From Elsinoe ampelina (Eukaryota), in assembly GCA_010093995.1 (NCBI GenBank), contig ML992517.1, forward strand, positions 76,677-140,676: DNA of 64,000 bases. Direction: 5' to 3'. Below are positions 59,401-64,000 of the stretch, in pieces (positions within the stretch are counted from its first letter, which is position 1; each line of letters begins with the position of its first letter). The position numbers and the translations under genes are program-made. Under the pieces are notes generated by a model. The model made no database searches and was not told where the DNA came from. It saw only the letters and a program-made list of their open reading frames with translations.

Positions 59401-62400
59401 TAATTAATAAGTATATCTAGCGCGTACTAAATTGCTGTCCTTATATTAGTACTTTCTTTTCTCTAGTAGCCTACGTGCCTAATTCGGTAGCTCGCTATTC
59501 TCTAGCCCTTTAGCTAGCTATTCGTAGTAAAGCATCTCGCTTACTATTTATATAATGTTATTATAACTATAGTAGAGCGCCTCTTAAAGCTACACGTATG
59601 TTAATAAGTAATTAGCTTTAGCTATGTAACTTACCTTACTAGCTATAACTATAGAAAGGTATTTACTTATAGTCCTCTATAGATAAAGTACTAGTAGCTA
59701 GTTACGGACCGAGCGCTAGTACTATATAATTCGTAGAAGTAGCTATTAATTGTCTAATGTTAGTAATATTATATTATAATCTACTTCGATAGCTATACTT
59801 ATATATAGATTATTATATACCGCCTCGAAAATGTTAAGATACTAGTTTAGTACGTTCTATTGCCTCTACTTTACTATCTTAACCGGCGTAGAGGCTAATA
59901 TTAGACTATTCTTGTTAGGTTATAGCTCTCTTAAACTTAGATCGAGAGTAGCAATGTCTAATTTATGTCTTCTCCTTTGTCTTTAATGTTGTATTTATAG
60001 CCTATATAGTTAGCTTAGTCTCCCTTAATACTAAAGCCTTACTCTGCTTTATCCTAGTTAAAATAACCTAAATTATTATCTTTAGAATACTTATTAGTCT
60101 TATAGTCCGAGCTATATAGGCGCTAATATGCCTAAGACATCTTAGTTTATAATAGTTCTAATAAAGAGATATATAGGTATAAGAGAGTTAGTAAGGTAGG
60201 CCGGAATAATATATACTATAAGGGAGATAGATAGTTATCTTATATACGTTATAGTAACTTAGCGTTAGTTCAAGTTAGATAATAGCTTAGTTAGGTGTTT
60301 AAAGTGCGTAACTTTCTTCTAATTAGAATTAGTTATATCTACCTATACCCTAAAGTAATCTTAACTAGTAAGAGTATTAAATTAGACTTGTAGCTAAGTC
60401 TAACTTACGGAGTACTAATCGCTAGAAGCTAAACTAAAAAAGAAAGCTGCTTAAACTTACTTAGACTAAATACTTAAACTAAATATAGCATTTATTATTA
60501 GGTTAAGTAACAATTAGAGTAGAAATACGTAGAGAGAAATTATAGATTAAACTTAGACTAAGCAATTATACACTAATTCGAAAGACTATAGAAACTAGCT
60601 ATTATATATATAGATAGGTAGTATAATTTATATAGTAGCTCCCTTATTAATTACGTTAGTAGTCCTCCCTTTACTAAGTAGTATATCTTCTAAGTGCTAA
60701 AAGCATTAATCGCTTACTATCTCGCTATCTAGGGTGTCCGAATAAGACACGCTAGATAGAGTAGCTTATCTTCTACTAATTATGTCGTAATAGAGGGCGG
60801 GCGTTAATTAGCTATTAGTAACTATATATAGTAATAGTAGAGTAGTACTATTAGTATAGCGTTATATACCCTTGTTTAATTTAAATAAGCCCCTTAATAC
60901 TCTACTAGTAAGGTCCGTAGAGGCGATACTAAACGTGTAAAAAGCTTTACTAATATACTTCCTAAGTATATTATTCTCTCGCTAGAGTTGTCTAATTAAG
61001 CTTACGTTCTTCTTCGCTATTAATCGTAATTAGCCTACTTCCTACTAAATAAGTATAATGTCTTCCTCTAGGAGTTACTATCTATTAAGCTATTTAAGCT
61101 ACTAGGTCCTATATCGCTTTTGCTAGCTACTAATATAATTATACTCTTCTCTATATATATATAGTAGAGAGCTTCTAATTTAAGCCTCTAGCTAGTTAGA
61201 GAGACTATTAGAAGACTATACTTTAACACCTAAATAGATAAGAGAAGCCTATATACTTAATCCTATAGTCTAGATGTTAGCCGCTAGAGAAATAAGGTCG
61301 GTATAATTAATATCTATACTTAGGAGCCTAGCCGAAAGATACTAATAGACCCGATAGATTAATAGTAGGAGGATAGATAAGTAATTCTAAAGGGCAATTT
61401 AGTTAAAAGGTAAGAAAGAATAAAGCGTAGTAAACGAACTAAAACTCTAAGGTTTAGTAGTAGGTACGGCTTAGTATAGATTACTCTACTACTTTTTAGT
61501 TTAACTTAGTCTACTACTAGACTATTCTCCTTTATACTTACTTCGGCTAGATGCTTTCCTTAATCTCGTTACCTTATTAGAATATAAAGAGGTAAACTGT
61601 GTAATATCTTAGACAAGATAATAGCCTTAAACTAGATAGCATTCTCTATTATAGCGAAATATAGTATTCTATTGTCCTTCTAACCTATGACATTGCTTTA
61701 CTTATTATATATATAGTAGTCCGTTATAATCGATATTACTCTTAGCTAATTAAACTTAATATCTATATTCTTCTTAGATATAGTAGTTATAGCTTTATAA
61801 CGTATAAGTAGGAGATCTCTAATTAAGTAGATAGGACGTATCTCTTTATCCTTACGAACTACTAATAGTATATTATCTAGTCGATTAGAGAGTAAAGGCG
61901 CTTATAATTATAATTAGTAATTCGAGGATTTATTCGAGACAAGCGTATTAGCACTATTCTATACTCCTTTAGGCTTATATAATCTCAAGTGTAACTATAC
62001 CTACTAACGTCTAAAATTGGTACTTATCTTATAGATAAGAGCATAGAAGGTAGCTTAACTATTACTACTCTCTAAGAGCTCTATTGTACGCTAAAATGTA
62101 TACCGAATGTTATTACTATCTAGTACTACTAGAAGCACCTTCTTCTCTAACCTTCTCCTATTAGAAATCGACCTAAATGTTCTTCTAACTATACCTTTAT
62201 CTATTATAATACTCTCTAAGAGACTATATAAGTCTCTATAGCCTTTATTAACGAGAGCGAAGGCTTACTTAATAGCTTTAATTAAGTATATCGCTAGTTA
62301 ATAAGAAGCAAATATAGGTGTAGCTACGGAGGGGAGAAGAAGAGGAGAGAGAGAGAAAGTAGAGGTAGAAGAGTAGCGGTATAGGTAGCAATTCGGTGTA

Positions 62401-64000
62401 AGTATTACTCGCGATAGATAAGCCTTAGATCTTAGTTTACTTACGAGAGAGGCATACTAGAATTATACTTAGTTATAATTAGTTAGCCTAAACTAACACT
62501 CGTAGAACTATAAAGTTTAACACGCTAAACTTTATCTCCTCTTAGTTTTATTATATACTTATTACGTAGTAATATAACTATATTACAAATACGATTCGTA
62601 ATAACGCCTTAGTTCGCGCCCTCCGCTTATACCGACCTAAACGTAGGTATTAGTGTCTCTAGTATAACCTTTTCTCTTCTCTCTATCTAACCTTAATAAT
62701 AGCTAGCTATCTATTATAGCAGATTCCCCGCCTAGTACACTATAATTATCTATTGCTATATATATAATAGCGACTCTAATATTTACTCCTACCTCGCCGT
62801 TGCTACTACTTCTAATAACATTCTCTATACTAGCTATATTATGTTTATAGAATTAACTACTACTAGTACCTAGTAGTTACGCCGGAGTAAATCTATTATA
62901 GTATACCTCTCTATCTTACCTACTACGCCGCTATAGGCTTAAGAGTGTATAAGGAGACTCTAATACCTCTTTCTCTCTCCTCGCTACTACTACTCTCTAT
63001 AGCTTCCTTTACACTAGCTATATATTATTAGTAGGATTAGCTACTATCTCTACCTAGTAGCTACGACTAAGCGAATCTATTACGGAGCATCTCCTAATCT
63101 TATAGACAGCGCTACTAGGGGTTCTAGTATATATAAAGAGGGTAGAGAAGCTAGCGTCTACTAGGAATTACTTACCTTATAGTATAAGAATGTTAAGGGG
63201 AGAATTATAGAGGAATAACTAGTATAACAAAGGGAAAGAGATAGAGGTATATCGTAGGTAAAGATACGTCTACTACCTCCTACTAGATAGTAGCTTACTA
63301 TAGAGAGCGTTATAGGTAGAGCTATATTAGTAGTATTTTCTTTTATAATTACTTTTATAGCGGGGTTTTGTTATTAGTAGCGCTTTATTATAACTTCCTT
63401 ACGTTAGCGATATACTTCTTTCTATGTAGATTATATACCTATTGCTTTAATTCCTCTCCTCTAACTAGTAAACAAAATCTCCTTGTCTAATATATATAAG
63501 TATACTATATATCTTTCTTTATTCCTTGTTATTTGTCTTATCTCCTATCTACTATAAAGACATTAAGGTTGTCACTTTACACGATAATACTCTTTATTAA
63601 ATAGTCTACTAGCTGTTTAAAGCATATATAACTTTATATATAGTACTAATATATAAGTGTTTAGTATAGTCAATTACTTTAATACTAATTTTCTACGATA
63701 ATTAGTACTTATAACATCCTCCGATAGCTGCGTTTTATTTACTTACCTAATTTACGCCCTATAATATTTATTAGTAGTAAACTAACTTATTTACTTTTAG
63801 TTCTAGTATCGACCTAATATTAGTAATTATTATATATTACTATTAGCACGTATAAAACATAGACTTAGTTAACCTAGTTTACTTTTAGGTCGAGGCCCGA
63901 ACTAGATCTTAGTTATAAGTATACTACTTACTTCGGTATACTATCTTAAATACAAATTTTATTATATTTAAGAAGTTACTACCTACTTTCTGCGTAGTAT
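54900..64000. repeat. AT-rich block heavily mutated by repeat-induced point mutation (RIP)
   Basis: Abrupt drop in GC, strong excess of TA and near absence of CA/TG dinucleotides, only one ORF of 60 aa or more in 9 kb; continues past the window end. Confidence 0.95.
56537..57800 (+). mobile_element. RIP-degraded Ty1/Copia retrotransposon 5' fragment (LTR, PBS, gag)
   Basis: LTR-like segment starting TGTT at 56537, followed by TAGTTATAAGCCC (56676-88; RIP form of the Copia-type (T)GGTTATGAGCCC primer site); gag-like relic and a zinc knuckle readable after reversing C>T/G>A changes (CxCxGxHxWxKCxYL..RPxGW) at ~57611-57690. Confidence 0.65.

Noticed and set aside
1..64000. CRISPR arrays, rRNA, tRNA, telomeric repeats
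   Set aside because: None seen; the sequence is eukaryotic and shows no regularly spaced repeats or RNA-gene signatures by eye.

Overview
Eukaryotic, intron-rich fungal DNA (filamentous ascomycete; Dothideomycete-like by gene content and RIP pattern, which is inference). About 1-45.5 kb is a gene-dense core region: Myb factor, Na+/H+ antiporter, two RNA polymerase III subunits (RPC2/RET1, RPC82), a Pumilio protein, SF3B2/CUS1, a peroxisomal acyl-CoA dehydrogenase head-to-head with an iron-type lipoxygenase, a secreted Cys-containing protein, a ~390-bp MITE, a membrane/DUF3431-like fusion, QCR2, ATP15, MAK10, a thioesterase-like protein, a delta-12 desaturase and a single-barrel MetE-like enzyme. 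About 46.5-54 kb is accessory-like: a tandem array of three intact and one pseudogenised paralogues of an uncharacterised 'MGTR...QWDGYP' family, plus a TM-RING-H2 gene. From about 54.8 kb to the end is an AT-rich, RIP-destroyed block with a Tc1/IS630-like element (TIRs visible, DD36E spacing), a Copia LTR/gag relic and unidentified relics. The most notable observations are the paralogue array with a 1-nt intron slide to a GC-AG intron, repeated C-rich to G-rich strand-skew flips that ignore gene orientation, and a candidate oxylipin gene neighbourhood. All exon models were derived by eye; no database searches were run.
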